64,000 nucleotides of DNA from a virus (lineage: Duplodnaviria; Heunggongvirae; Uroviricota; Caudoviricetes): IMG/VR virus record IMGVR_UViG_2799113015_000003, positions 1-64,000 of that record. One strand, given 5' to 3'. Positions 8,475 to 15,903 of the stretch are shown here, piece after piece. Position numbers and translations under genes: made by a program. The first letter of the stretch is position 1. Each line of letters starts with the position of its first letter. The notes beneath the pieces are model-generated. The model did not search any database, was not told the origin of the DNA, and worked only from the letters and a program-made list of their open reading frames with translations.

Positions 8475-9157
8475 TCGATCACCTCAGTGAATGGCCCGTC
8501 TACCCCTAGGCGGTCAACGACACGGGGTGTACGAGGCTTGGGTACGCAATTCGTACTCTCAGGAGATACGGAATGCGTAGTCGCCGGTTCCTGTTGTGGC
8601 TCCAGGTAGTCGTCCCTACGGGATACCCGCCCAGCGGCAAGGTCGTCCAGTCCACGCGCCAGAGACTTGCCCGGTTCCTGTTGCGCTTCCCCGGTCGCAT
8701 CACATGCGGCGCAATCCGTTTCCAGCCAGCCGCCTGGTACCTTCCCGTAGCCAACACCAGATCCGTTGCAGATCCGGCACGTCTCCGGTACCTGTTGTGC
8801 TGTTGGGTCAGGGTCGGGTCGTGTCACAAGCGGCTCTTCGCCAGGCGGAAACCAGTCCAACCCTGATTTGCCGGGCCACTGATCGGGGCGGATCTGCGGC
8901 CAAGAGTCGGCGTGGTCGCCGTCAGTATCGAGTCGAGGCTTTCGAACATCGAGGTAGAAGTACTCCCACCCCAGTTCATTCATGATGGCGATGTATCCAC
9001 CGTCTGGTCGTCGTGCGATGGTGCCAACAGGTGCACCCTCGGGGATGCTGTTAGCGATATCAAAGGCAATCTGCATTTCCCAGACCGCCATCCCGGCAGC
9101 TTTAGCGATTAATTCCAACTGTTCGGCAGTCGGTTCCAGCTTGCCCATCGGTTTCAC
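8471..9157 (-). CDS. hypothetical protein, 228 aa
   Basis: Long ORF with 4-nt overlaps on both sides; internal CxxC...CxxC segment. Confidence 0.5.
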   Translation of the reverse strand: MKPMGKLEPTAEQLELIAKAAGMAVWEMQIAFDIANSIPEGAPVGTIARRPDGGYIAIMNELGWEYFYLDVRKPRLDTDGDHADSWPQIRPDQWPGKSGLDWFPPGEEPLVTRPDPDPTAQQVPETCRICNGSGVGYGKVPGGWLETDCAACDATGEAQQEPGKSLARGLDDLAAGRVSRRDDYLEPQQEPATTHSVSPESTNCVPKPRTPRVVDRLGVDGPFTEVIE

Positions 9158-9339
9158 CAGCCTGCCGCCATTCCTCGTGTCATGTGTTTGTAGCCTTCGC
9201 CGTTTGGTATTCCTGACCCAGGCCGGAAGTAGCAGACCTCATTTGGCTCAGATCGACAGGTCGGGCATGCCACGTTCAAATCCGGGTCGCCCTCTGCAAT
9301 CGCTTTCCGCTGCGCTTTAGACGGATTCAACACGTTCAC
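9154..9339 (-). CDS. small zinc-finger-like protein, 61 aa
   Basis: CPTCRSEPNEVCYF motif; overlapping-stop arrangement. Confidence 0.35.
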   Translation of the reverse strand: MNVLNPSKAQRKAIAEGDPDLNVACPTCRSEPNEVCYFRPGSGIPNGEGYKHMTRGMAAGW

Positions 9340-10022
9340 CAGCCAAACTCCCTTGGTACATAGACTTGGTTCTGCGGTCGGATGAAGTCCGAATCCGCTG
9401 GCGGTTGGTCAGATTCAGTGATGCGGATTAGCAGACGCCATCCACGTTCAGTAGCCTGCGACGCCTGGTGGATATTCCACCAATCCCATGAGTGCCAAAC
9501 ATCCTCTTGCGCAGTCAGTTTCCGCAGAGTTGTGCATCCATCAATCCGGCGAGTTAATTCTGAGTAGAGCTGTTCGTCTTCGTCGTGCTCAATCGGCAGG
9601 TACAGTAATCCATCAATGAACACAGTTGGGCAGTCGTTTCCAACGTGCAGCGTGTGGTAGCGCGGGTAATAGCCCTCAAGGGAACGGTAATTCTGCAGCG
9701 GAAGGGACGGCGTGCCCCAATTCGCTGGGGTCACGGTCTCGTCTGCAGCGCTGTAGCGCGGAACCCCATCGGTATGCCACCCGGGAATCGCAGGCCACCA
9801 GCCAGGCATCAGCATAGAGACCTTAGTGTCCACGAAGATGTGCTTGTGGTCCCCAACAATTGGGGCTGACTGCAGGAGTCCGCGCAAGAGTGGACCTCCA
9901 TAGAGCACAGCATTCGACAGGCTCGCGCGGCGCAGGTTCGGTGTCCCCTCGATTAGCGCGTGGTCGGATTCCGCTCTGGGCCCGATCACCACAGGGTTGC
10001 GGTTAAACCAGTAGGCGGTCAC
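9336..10022 (-). CDS. hypothetical protein, 228 aa (possible 2OG-Fe(II) oxygenase-like HxD...H)
   Basis: WHTDG followed ~45 aa later by HTLHVG resembles the HxD...H iron-binding facial triad; assignment tentative. Confidence 0.45.
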   Translation of the reverse strand: MTAYWFNRNPVVIGPRAESDHALIEGTPNLRRASLSNAVLYGGPLLRGLLQSAPIVGDHKHIFVDTKVSMLMPGWWPAIPGWHTDGVPRYSAADETVTPANWGTPSLPLQNYRSLEGYYPRYHTLHVGNDCPTVFIDGLLYLPIEHDEDEQLYSELTRRIDGCTTLRKLTAQEDVWHSWDWWNIHQASQATERGWRLLIRITESDQPPADSDFIRPQNQVYVPREFGW

Positions 10023-10333
10023 ACCAACCCCAATGCCTTCATCTCGGCGTGCGCCTCTACCACCTCACGGTCGAACCGGTCGCGGGTGTACTCGCCGCCA
10101 AGGTGGGCGATGGTGTCCTCGACCATCCGAATCCACCATTCGGCCACGCCATCAAGGCCACCCATCGTGGCGGTTTCGCCCACAAGGATGAACCACGGGT
10201 GCGCGTTGGCTTCCAGGCACTCATCGCCATACGCCATAGAGATAGGTACACCAGGCACCGAACACACTCCGAGTGCGGGCTCCTTCCCGCAGACATCACA
10301 AATCAGTTCTGGCAGTGCAGGCTTCTCACTCAT
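10019..10333 (-). CDS. hypothetical Cys-containing protein, ~104 aa
   Basis: Start set at an internal ATG giving an ATGA overlap with the stop of the Pth2 gene. Confidence 0.4.
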   Translation of the reverse strand: MSEKPALPELICDVCGKEPALGVCSVPGVPISMAYGDECLEANAHPWFILVGETATMGGLDGVAEWWIRMVEDTIAHLGGEYTRDRFDREVVEAHAEMKALGLV

Positions 10334-10683
10334 AGCAGTTTCAGCTCCCCTGTAATCGGCGCGAGTTCGTCGGCGGTCGCTGGACCAATGGCACAACAGG
10401 TAGTTGTGAGCACGCCGTGGAACTCAGTCAATCCGTTGTCAGTAATCAATGAATTCGGGATTCCGGCCTTAATTGCCTTATCCCACAGCTCAATCAGCGC
10501 ATCCTCACTCTCGACACGCACACATACCTTGGTGAAACTCCCCTGCAGCCACTCTTCAACGCGCGGATCCGAGAGGTATTCGAGCGTCGCAGCCAGCGAT
10601 GCATGCGCGCCCTGTGCGACCATCTTGCCTGCACGCATACCAAGGTCTTTACGCATGACGATCATTTGCTTCAGCTCACTCAT
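10330..10683 (-). CDS. pth2: peptidyl-tRNA hydrolase, PTH2 family
   Basis: IVMRKDLGMRAGKMVAQGAHASLAA matches the conserved PTH2 core (e.g. human PTRH2 [21 protein letters not shown]). Confidence 0.7.
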   Translation of the reverse strand: MSELKQMIVMRKDLGMRAGKMVAQGAHASLAATLEYLSDPRVEEWLQGSFTKVCVRVESEDALIELWDKAIKAGIPNSLITDNGLTEFHGVLTTTCCAIGPATADELAPITGELKLL

Positions 10684-10756
10684 CGCCGTTCACCTCCCCC
10701 ATGATCTGAGCGCCGTCGTACACGGTCACCGGGTCGTAGTCGCATGCCGAATCGCG

Positions 10757-10767
10757 GTATCCCTTCC
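10757..10767 (-). promoter_or_regulatory. start-associated motif core on the minus strand (GGAAGGGATAC) upstream of the Pth2 gene
   Basis: Reverse complement GTATCCCTTCC on the top strand; followed on the minus strand by a 21-codon mini-ORF that ends at the Pth2 ATG. Confidence 0.35.
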
Positions 10768-10812
10768 CTGGGATTACCGGGTACTTCTCGAACCAGAACC
10801 CCTCACCGGGCA

Positions 10813-12051
10813 CTAGGTTCCCTTCACATTCAGCACCTGGCGAAGCTCCGTGACAACCTCAACCAGAGGGGCGGCGTCACTCATCACGACGTCGATTGGC
10901 TTGTAGCAGGAAGGGATCTCGTCAATCCATTCCTCGCCGTGGCGGTACTCGATGCCTTGCATCTGGTCGGCCAGGTCTTCAAGGGTGAAGAGTTCCTTCG
11001 CCTTGGTGCGAGAGAATCGCCTCCCGGCACCGTGCGGTGCAGAGAACAGGCCATCCTTGTTGCCCCGACCCCGGACCACATAGGAGCGTGTCCCCATCGA
11101 GCCGGGGATAAGTCCCAGCTTCCCCTCTGACGCATCGATAGCGCCCTTCCGGGTCAGCCATACCTTCCGCCCATCGATCTCAGTCTCAACCGTGTAGTTG
11201 TGGTGACAGTTCACGCGGTCGATCTCGACGCGCTGCGCCTGCACTCCAAGCCAATTCGCGAACACCTGGACGTAGCGGTCCATCATCTCGGCACGGTTCT
11301 CGTAGGCGAACTTTTGTGCCCACTGCAGATCCTTGATGTAGCGATCGAACTCAGCGGTCCCCTCAGTGAGGTAAGCAAGATCCCGATTCGGCAAACGAAA
11401 TTGAGGAGCGGCCTCGCCTGAGCACTTCTGTAGGTACTCATAGCGCGCAACGGCTACCTTAATGTGGCGCTGAGCGATCTTGTTGCCCACGCCCCTACTT
11501 CCCGAGTGCAGGAACAGCCACACAGTGTCTTCCAGGTCGACACACAGCTCGATGAAATGGTTACCGCCACCAAGTGAGCCCAACTGCTCCATCCACTTCG
11601 GGGAGTGAGACAGGTCTACATCCAGCTCGTTCTGAAGCCGGATCAGGCCCTCAATCCGATTACGTGTGAACGGGAACCGCTTAATGTCCGAGTTATAGTT
11701 GCCTGGCGACAACGGGATTGCACCCTCGATGGCCACGCGCAAATCGGGCAGGCGGGGCATATCAGCCAACAGGGCGTCATCCATGATGTTGGCCCACTCG
11801 TAGCGGGTCTTCACCGCGATCATGCCGCAGCCGATGTCCACGCCAACAGCCGCAGGAATCACAGCCCCCACGGTGGGGATGACCGTTCCAACAGCTGAAC
11901 CCTTGCCACTGTGCGCATCAGGCATCAGCGCCATGTGCGGGTAGATGAACGGCAGCGAGGCCGTCTCCTTAGCCTGATCGATCGTCGTGTAGTCGATCTC
12001 TGAGGCGAACGAGATGATGTTGTCACCAATGCGCTGGCTCAATTCCTTCAT
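10813..12051 (-). CDS. rtcB: RtcB-family RNA ligase (3'-phosphate/5'-hydroxyl RNA ligase)
   Basis: MPDAHSGKGSAVGTV, GVDIGCGM, GGGNHFIEL and SAPHGAGR are hallmark RtcB active-site motifs. Confidence 0.9.
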   Translation of the reverse strand: MKELSQRIGDNIISFASEIDYTTIDQAKETASLPFIYPHMALMPDAHSGKGSAVGTVIPTVGAVIPAAVGVDIGCGMIAVKTRYEWANIMDDALLADMPRLPDLRVAIEGAIPLSPGNYNSDIKRFPFTRNRIEGLIRLQNELDVDLSHSPKWMEQLGSLGGGNHFIELCVDLEDTVWLFLHSGSRGVGNKIAQRHIKVAVARYEYLQKCSGEAAPQFRLPNRDLAYLTEGTAEFDRYIKDLQWAQKFAYENRAEMMDRYVQVFANWLGVQAQRVEIDRVNCHHNYTVETEIDGRKVWLTRKGAIDASEGKLGLIPGSMGTRSYVVRGRGNKDGLFSAPHGAGRRFSRTKAKELFTLEDLADQMQGIEYRHGEEWIDEIPSCYKPIDVVMSDAAPLVEVVTELRQVLNVKGT

Positions 12052-12127
12052 ATACCAATGCTATTGAGCGATTACGGGTTCATGTGGGTACGAAAAAGCC
12101 CCCAGCTTTCGCTGAGGGCTCTTCGAG

Positions 12128-12198
12128 TAGTCCATGCGGGAATCAAACCCGCACCAACACCTTGAGAGGGTGGTGTGCTCTCACTACACCAATGGACC
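12128..12198 (-). tRNA. tRNA-Glu (anticodon CTC)
   Basis: T-arm GCGGG/AATCAAA/CCCGC (reverse complement); 7-bp acceptor with G1-U72; anticodon loop CTCTCAA. Confidence 0.7.
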
Positions 12199-12204
12199 TT
12201 AGGG

Positions 12205-12543
12205 CTATTGCTCAACCCACTTGCCGGATTCACGAACCTCTGTCTTGAGGTTAACCGGCCACATATCACGCTCCACTTGGGCACGTTGTAGGTCTTCGCG
12301 GCCCACCTGACGTTTCACCCATAGCTGGAACTTTGGTGAGCTCGCCATGCGCCTGAACGCGGCCTGCTTGTTCTGCAGCTGGCTACGCTCCTCGCGCGAC
12401 TCACCCACCGCGCCAGAAGGCTCATGCGTAATCCGCACGCCCGTCTCGCGCTTGTTCTGGTTTTGACCGCCTTTGCCCCCAGATCGGAATGTGTCCACAC
12501 GACAATCCGAGAGGGTGACAGACAGTACCCGTTCTCTACTCAC
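12205..12543 (-). CDS. ArfB-like peptidyl-tRNA hydrolase (class I release-factor GGQ domain protein)
   Basis: FRSGGKGGQNQNKRETGVRITHEPSG matches the RF-1/ArfB GGQ catalytic loop (E. coli ArfB [22 protein letters not shown]); ~110 aa with a basic C-terminal tail, as in ArfB. Confidence 0.65.
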   Translation of the reverse strand: MSRERVLSVTLSDCRVDTFRSGGKGGQNQNKRETGVRITHEPSGAVGESREERSQLQNKQAAFRRMASSPKFQLWVKRQVGREDLQRAQVERDMWPVNLKTEVRESGKWVEQ

Positions 12544-12544
12544 G

Positions 12545-12618
12545 TCAAGTCGACCGGATTTGAACCGGCGTCCCCCGCCGTGACAGGGCGGTGCTTTAGA
12601 CCTCTAAGCTACGACTCG
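12545..12618 (-). tRNA. tRNA-Asp (anticodon GTC)
   Basis: Acceptor pairs 12546-52 with 12612-18; anticodon arm CCGCC/GTGACAG/GGCGG. Confidence 0.7.
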
Positions 12619-12675
12619 AAAGAACGTTTGCCCCCAGTGGTTTTCGAGGCCACCGGGGCAGGTACGAACAACCTG

Positions 12676-12750
12676 AGCCAACTTTCTGGGAATCAAACCC
12701 TGGAGCTGCTTGGCCAAAACTCCCGTGGAGACGGTGCGAATTGAACGCGA
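12676..12750 (-). tRNA. tRNA-like sequence, isotype undetermined
   Basis: T-arm-like CTGGG/AATCAAA/CCCTG at 12686-12702, but acceptor and anticodon stems could not be paired by hand. Confidence 0.3.
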
Positions 12751-12800
12751 CCACACCAATCTTGCAAGGATCGGTCGCCACCTTGGAACATGCGCCCCCA
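12726..12800 (-). tRNA. possible tRNA-Ala (anticodon TGC), poorly folding
   Basis: Anticodon arm CAATC/TTGCAAG/GATCG gives loop CTTGCAA; T-arm GTGCG/AATTGAA/CGCGA is imperfect and the acceptor was not resolved. Confidence 0.3.
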
Positions 12801-12869
12801 AGGCCCCCGTTTTGACAAGACTGGGTCTGAACTTGGACGGTTACCTCAACGGAGCCGACAACCCTGTAG

Positions 12870-12943
12870 GGCCTCATCGAGGTCTCGAACCCCGCGCCTC
12901 TTCGTTACTAAGGAAGTGCTCTAGCCGGATGAGCTAATGAGGC
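12870..12943 (-). tRNA. tRNA with anticodon AGT (Thr?)
   Basis: Perfect 7-bp acceptor 12871-77/12937-43, D-stem GCTC/GAGC and a good T-arm; anticodon loop TTAGTAA gives the unusual A34 anticodon AGU. Confidence 0.55.
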
Positions 12944-12992
12944 CTGTTGCATAGGCGTTTTGAACAGGTGCCCTTGCAAGTGGCCTGTGGCG

Positions 12993-13065
12993 TACCCAGT
13001 CGAGGAATCGAACCCCGCTTGGCTGGATGTAAGCCAGCTTTCGTCCCAGACTAACCAGGCATGAG
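12993..13065 (-). tRNA. possible tRNA-Val (anticodon TAC)
   Basis: T-arm CGAGG/AATCGAA/CCCCG and a perfect anticodon arm GCTGG/ATGTAAG/CCAGC; acceptor pairing not confirmed. Confidence 0.45.
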
Positions 13066-13140
13066 AACGAGTGACCAGATTCGAACTGGCACGACCTGTT
13101 TGGAAGACAGGGATGCTAAACCGTTAAACATCACACTCGC
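13066..13140 (-). tRNA. tRNA-Gly (anticodon TCC)
   Basis: Acceptor 13067-73/13134-40; anticodon arm CCTGT/TTGGAAG/ACAGG. Confidence 0.7.
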
Positions 13141-13144
13141 ATGG

Positions 13145-13212
13145 AGCGGCAGAGGTGACTCGAACACCCTTGCAGCGGCTTAGGAGGCCACGCACTTTCC
13201 GGAACTACCGCT
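13145..13212 (-). tRNA. possible tRNA-Arg (anticodon CCT), short or atypical D region
   Basis: T-arm AGGTG/ACTCGAA/CACCC; anticodon arm GCGGC/TTAGGAG/GCCAC; only ~68 nt between the acceptor halves. Confidence 0.4.
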
Positions 13213-13215
13213 TGG

Positions 13216-13287
13216 TAGGTTCGCACAGAATTGAACTGCGATTGCCGACGTATCAGGTCGGTGTCCTTACCATTGGACGACGAACCA
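13216..13287 (-). tRNA. tRNA-Ile (anticodon GAT)
   Basis: Acceptor 13217-23/13281-87 (6 of 7 pairs); anticodon arm CCGAC/GTATCAG/GTCGG. Confidence 0.65.
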
Positions 13288-13288
13288 G

Positions 13289-13360
13289 TGGGAGCACCAG
13301 GGGTCGAACCTGGGATTCATGGGTAAGAGCCAAGAGTTATAACCGCTTAACTATACTCCC
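13289..13360 (-). tRNA. tRNA-Lys (anticodon CTT)
   Basis: Perfect T-stem CCAGG/CCTGG; acceptor 13290-96/13354-60; anticodon loop CTCTTAC. Confidence 0.6.
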
Positions 13361-13361
13361 C

Positions 13362-13433
13362 TAGGGCGCAAGGGATTTGAACCCTCAACTCGTAGATTAA
13401 AAGTCTAGGGTGATGCCGTTTCACCAACGCCCA
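13362..13433 (-). tRNA. tRNA-Lys (anticodon TTT)
   Basis: T-arm AAGGG/ATTTGAA/CCCTC; anticodon loop CTTTTAA. Confidence 0.6.
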
Positions 13434-13434
13434 G

Positions 13435-13509
13435 TAGTCGGCGCGAGGATCGAACTCGCACACACCGAGGTTTGAGCTCGGCGGCTTTGCCAGGTTTGCC
13501 TAGCCGACC
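13435..13509 (-). tRNA. tRNA with anticodon CAA (Leu codon UUG) but class-I length
   Basis: Perfect T-stem GCGAG/CTCGC, acceptor 13436-42/13503-09, perfect anticodon stem CCGAG/CTCGG with loop CTCAAAC; only a 5-nt variable region (75 nt total). Confidence 0.55.
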
Positions 13510-13567
13510 ATGCTCAGCATTTAACCGACCCAAGGCGGTTGGCACCCGTGAGGGCTGTTTGAACCGG

Positions 13568-13641
13568 TACTCCAAGAGGGATTCGAACCCACAACCTCCA
13601 GGGTCTAAGCCTGTCGCCTCTGCCAGTTGGGCTATTGGAGC
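13568..13641 (-). tRNA. tRNA with anticodon TAG (Leu codon CUA) but class-I length
   Basis: Acceptor 13569-75/13635-41; anticodon loop CTTAGAC; 74 nt with a short variable region. Confidence 0.5.
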
Positions 13642-13698
13642 TTGGTGCCGATATTGCCGCGTCGGCTTTACGGTGACTCCTACTCACCGCGCGCGTCG

Positions 13699-13770
13699 AG
13701 ACGAAGGCCGGGATCGAACCGGCGTGGGTCAGGGTTGCAGCCTGCCAGCTAGCCACTCACTCACTTCGCC
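13699..13770 (-). tRNA. tRNA-Cys (anticodon GCA)
   Basis: Perfect T-stem GCCGG/CCGGC; acceptor 13700-06/13764-70; anticodon loop CTGCAAC. Confidence 0.65.
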
Positions 13771-13778
13771 TTAAGCCG

Positions 13779-13943
13779 CTATTCTGCGGCGGGTGCTGCC
13801 TTCTTCGCGGGTGCCTTCTTGGCTACCGGCTTCTCTTCCACTGCGTAGTGGAAGTCCTCAAGGGCATCCATACGATCAATCAGGTCGTTTACCGCCTTGA
13901 CGATGTCGATATGGGCGATGCCCGTGCGCAGCTTGTCAGTCAT
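13779..13943 (-). CDS. small lysine/alanine-rich protein, 54 aa
   Basis: ORF MTDKLRTGIAHIDIVKAVNDL...KKAPAKKAAPAAE directly downstream of the HNH gene (ATGACTGA junction); below the ORF-track size cutoff. Confidence 0.25.
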   Translation of the reverse strand: MTDKLRTGIAHIDIVKAVNDLIDRMDALEDFHYAVEEKPVAKKAPAKKAAPAAE

Positions 13944-14337
13944 TGGTCGCCTCTGCTAGTCGTTTTCTGTAGTCGCGCTTACGATTTCTTGCTGCTAACC
14001 GACAGAGGCCGCAGCGGCACCCCCATCGGTCATACATTGTGCTTGTCCCATGGCGGGTTGGCCGCGTGCCATGCGTGAGCGGCATTTGGGCTGTGGTCTT
14101 GTCGCGATGACACCTCTTACAGAGGGGTTGACACTTCCTCAGCTCTGCCTGGAGTCGCGGCTCGGCCCAACTCCATATTCGGTGAGATGATTTCTCCATC
14201 GGATCGATGTGGTCGATCTCGAGTTGCTCAGTCGCACCGCAACTCACACACTTTCTGCCCTCAAAGTACCTAGCACGCCTTGCGGCCTGCCGTAGTCGTT
14301 CGTATTCTCGTCGGCGGACAGGATCTTTGATTGGCAT
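13936..14337 (-). CDS. HNH endonuclease (paralog 1) embedded in the tRNA array
   Basis: CVSCGATEQLEIDHIDP...CKRCH...GCRCGLCR HNH/zinc-finger motifs; start set at internal ATG 14337 (AGGGG RBS) because the longer ORF would overlap tRNA-Arg. Confidence 0.7.
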   Translation of the reverse strand: MPIKDPVRRREYERLRQAARRARYFEGRKCVSCGATEQLEIDHIDPMEKSSHRIWSWAEPRLQAELRKCQPLCKRCHRDKTTAQMPLTHGTRPTRHGTSTMYDRWGCRCGLCRLAARNRKRDYRKRLAEATND

Positions 14338-14432
14338 GTAACCCCTGTTTATATTGGGGTGACCGGACGGTACTGACCCGTCATCCTCGCGGTCACATCG
14401 CGAGATTCTCAACCTTTGAACTACGGTCACAG

Positions 14433-14507
14433 ACCCGTTGGCAGGATTCGAACCTGCATGCGTTGCGCCTTCGTAGGGCGGTGGGCGCTCCATTGCCCAA
14501 CAACGAG
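14433..14507 (-). tRNA. tRNA-Arg (anticodon ACG)
   Basis: Perfect T-stem GCAGG/CCTGC; acceptor 14434-40/14501-07; anticodon loop CTACGAA with A34, as expected for bacterial Arg-ACG. Confidence 0.7.
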
Positions 14508-14517
14508 AGCAGGCGGT

Positions 14518-14536
14518 TTAACGTGGAGTGCCCAGC
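14518..14536. repeat. 19-nt repeat TTAACGTGGAGTGCCCAGC (copy 1)
   Basis: Identical apart from one base to 14788-14806; lies 11 nt beyond the 5' end of tRNA-Arg on the tRNA strand. Confidence 0.5.
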
Positions 14537-14645
14537 ACGGAGCAGTTTTTCGTGATGTCTCAACACGGATGGTTCTTCCAGTTGTGAACCAACAACATTC
14601 ATGAGCCAGTTTCTACCCCAGCCGTGTACTGGCAACCCTCGTCCG

Positions 14646-14720
14646 TGGCGGGTACCGGATTTGAACCGGTGGTCTCAAGGTTATGAGCCTTGCGAGATGG
14701 CCGAGCTTCTCTAACCCGCT
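14646..14720 (-). tRNA. tRNA-Met (anticodon CAT)
   Basis: Perfect T-stem ACCGG/CCGGT and anticodon stem CAAGG/CCTTG with loop CTCATAA; 1-72 position is an A-C mismatch. Confidence 0.65.
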
Positions 14721-14787
14721 AAGTATGAGTGACTCATTCCGGCAGGACAGTTCGTCGCCTGCCGTATCCGCGCGAGTCAACGCGGCC

Positions 14788-14806
14788 TTTTACGTGGAGT
14801 GCCCAG
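14788..14806. repeat. 19-nt repeat TTTACGTGGAGTGCCCAGC (copy 2)
   Basis: Second copy, 68 nt beyond the 5' end of tRNA-Met. Confidence 0.5.
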
Positions 14807-14846
14807 CTTTTCACCAGTAGCTGTGGAACCTGGTTTCCCTTACACG

Positions 14847-14920
14847 CCGACTCTCCCCGAATCGAACGGGGGCGCACCGGGCTTCAACCGGTCGCTCTTA
14901 CCTAACTGAGCTAAGAGTCG
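14847..14920 (-). tRNA. tRNA-Phe (anticodon GAA)
   Basis: Perfect T-stem CCCCG/CGGGG, perfect acceptor 14848-54/14914-20 and anticodon stem ACCGG/CCGGT with loop TTGAAGC. Confidence 0.7.
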
Positions 14921-15214
14921 ATTGTTAGAGGCTGAGAGTACACCCGCTATCGAGAACCTTTCGCAGCATTATGGATTCGCTGCTTCTCCAGGCCATCCCT
15001 GACCTAGTTCTCACGCCTGGTCCGTTACCGTGAACCACTCGTTATGCCGAAAGCTACTCTGCGGCTTTCCCTTCGCGATGAGATGGCCGTCTCACTGCTG
15101 CAGTACTTGCCTACAAACCGCACTCACCTTGCGGGACTATTGTGCGGCCCAGATTCCCGAGGGTCTGGGATTAAGGCGCTTTTGCTCCTCGGCAGGGGAA
15201 GGACTTTTGCTTTT

Positions 15215-15290
15215 TATTGACGACGGGACTTGAACCCGCACATCCAGTTTCCAATAACTGGTGACCTACCGTTGGTCTACGCCATTCTCG
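15215..15290 (-). other. degenerate tRNA-like element
   Basis: Good T-arm ACGGG/ACTTGAA/CCCGC and an anticodon-like hairpin CCAGT/TTCCAATA/ACTGG with an 8-nt loop; no matching acceptor stem found. Confidence 0.25.
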
Positions 15291-15740
15291 CAGCGGAGAA
15301 TGATTTGACTAGAGACGTGCTTCCCCATGAAGTTCCGCACCCTTTTGGGGCACAGAATGCTTCACGCCTCTCGTGCTTTCGCCTGGCGGGGCTAATTACA
15401 CTCTCTCTCAACCGCATTGCGAGCCGTCGCCCGACGCGAGATCGATCATGGAACACGCCCTTGCTTGCGAGGCTCGGACTCAGTTCCTTCCGTTCCACAG
15501 GGCGCTTGTTCGATAGCCTTTTCACACGCACGTACGTGATGGTGTCCTCAGCACTTTGCCGTTGGACGGGGCGTAACTCGCAACCTGGCAGCCATCACTG
15601 ACTGCTCAAGGATTGGATTGCATGGATTGCCCTTGCGGGTGGTGGGTTGTCACCCCACCTTTCACCACCTTGCGGTGGCTTATGGGCCATGCCCCGAATG
15701 TCTTAACTATATCTCCCACAACAGAGTTCGTGTGGGTGAG

Positions 15741-15822
15741 CGGAGAGGCAGGTATTCGAAACCTACTGCGAACAGCGCTCCGGTTAGCAACCGGGCCTAG
15801 TCACCTAACTAGTTGCGCTCTC
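15741..15822 (-). tRNA. tRNA-Ser (anticodon GCT), class II
   Basis: T-arm CAGGT/ATTCGAA/ACCTA; anticodon loop TTGCTAA; ~13-nt variable arm; 82 nt. Confidence 0.55.
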
Positions 15823-15903
15823 CAAAATCCACCCCTTCGGCGTCGACACTGGACTCGACGCACCTGTATTCACTCTTAGCCATGGCCAGGCGGGTGGAGA
15901 ACG

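Noticed and set aside
13936-14493. Full-length HNH ORF starting at 14493
   Set aside because: The first 60 codons would overlap tRNA-Arg(ACG) at 14433..14507. An internal ATG at 14337 with an AGGGG RBS gives a product the same size as its paralog at 16303..16680.
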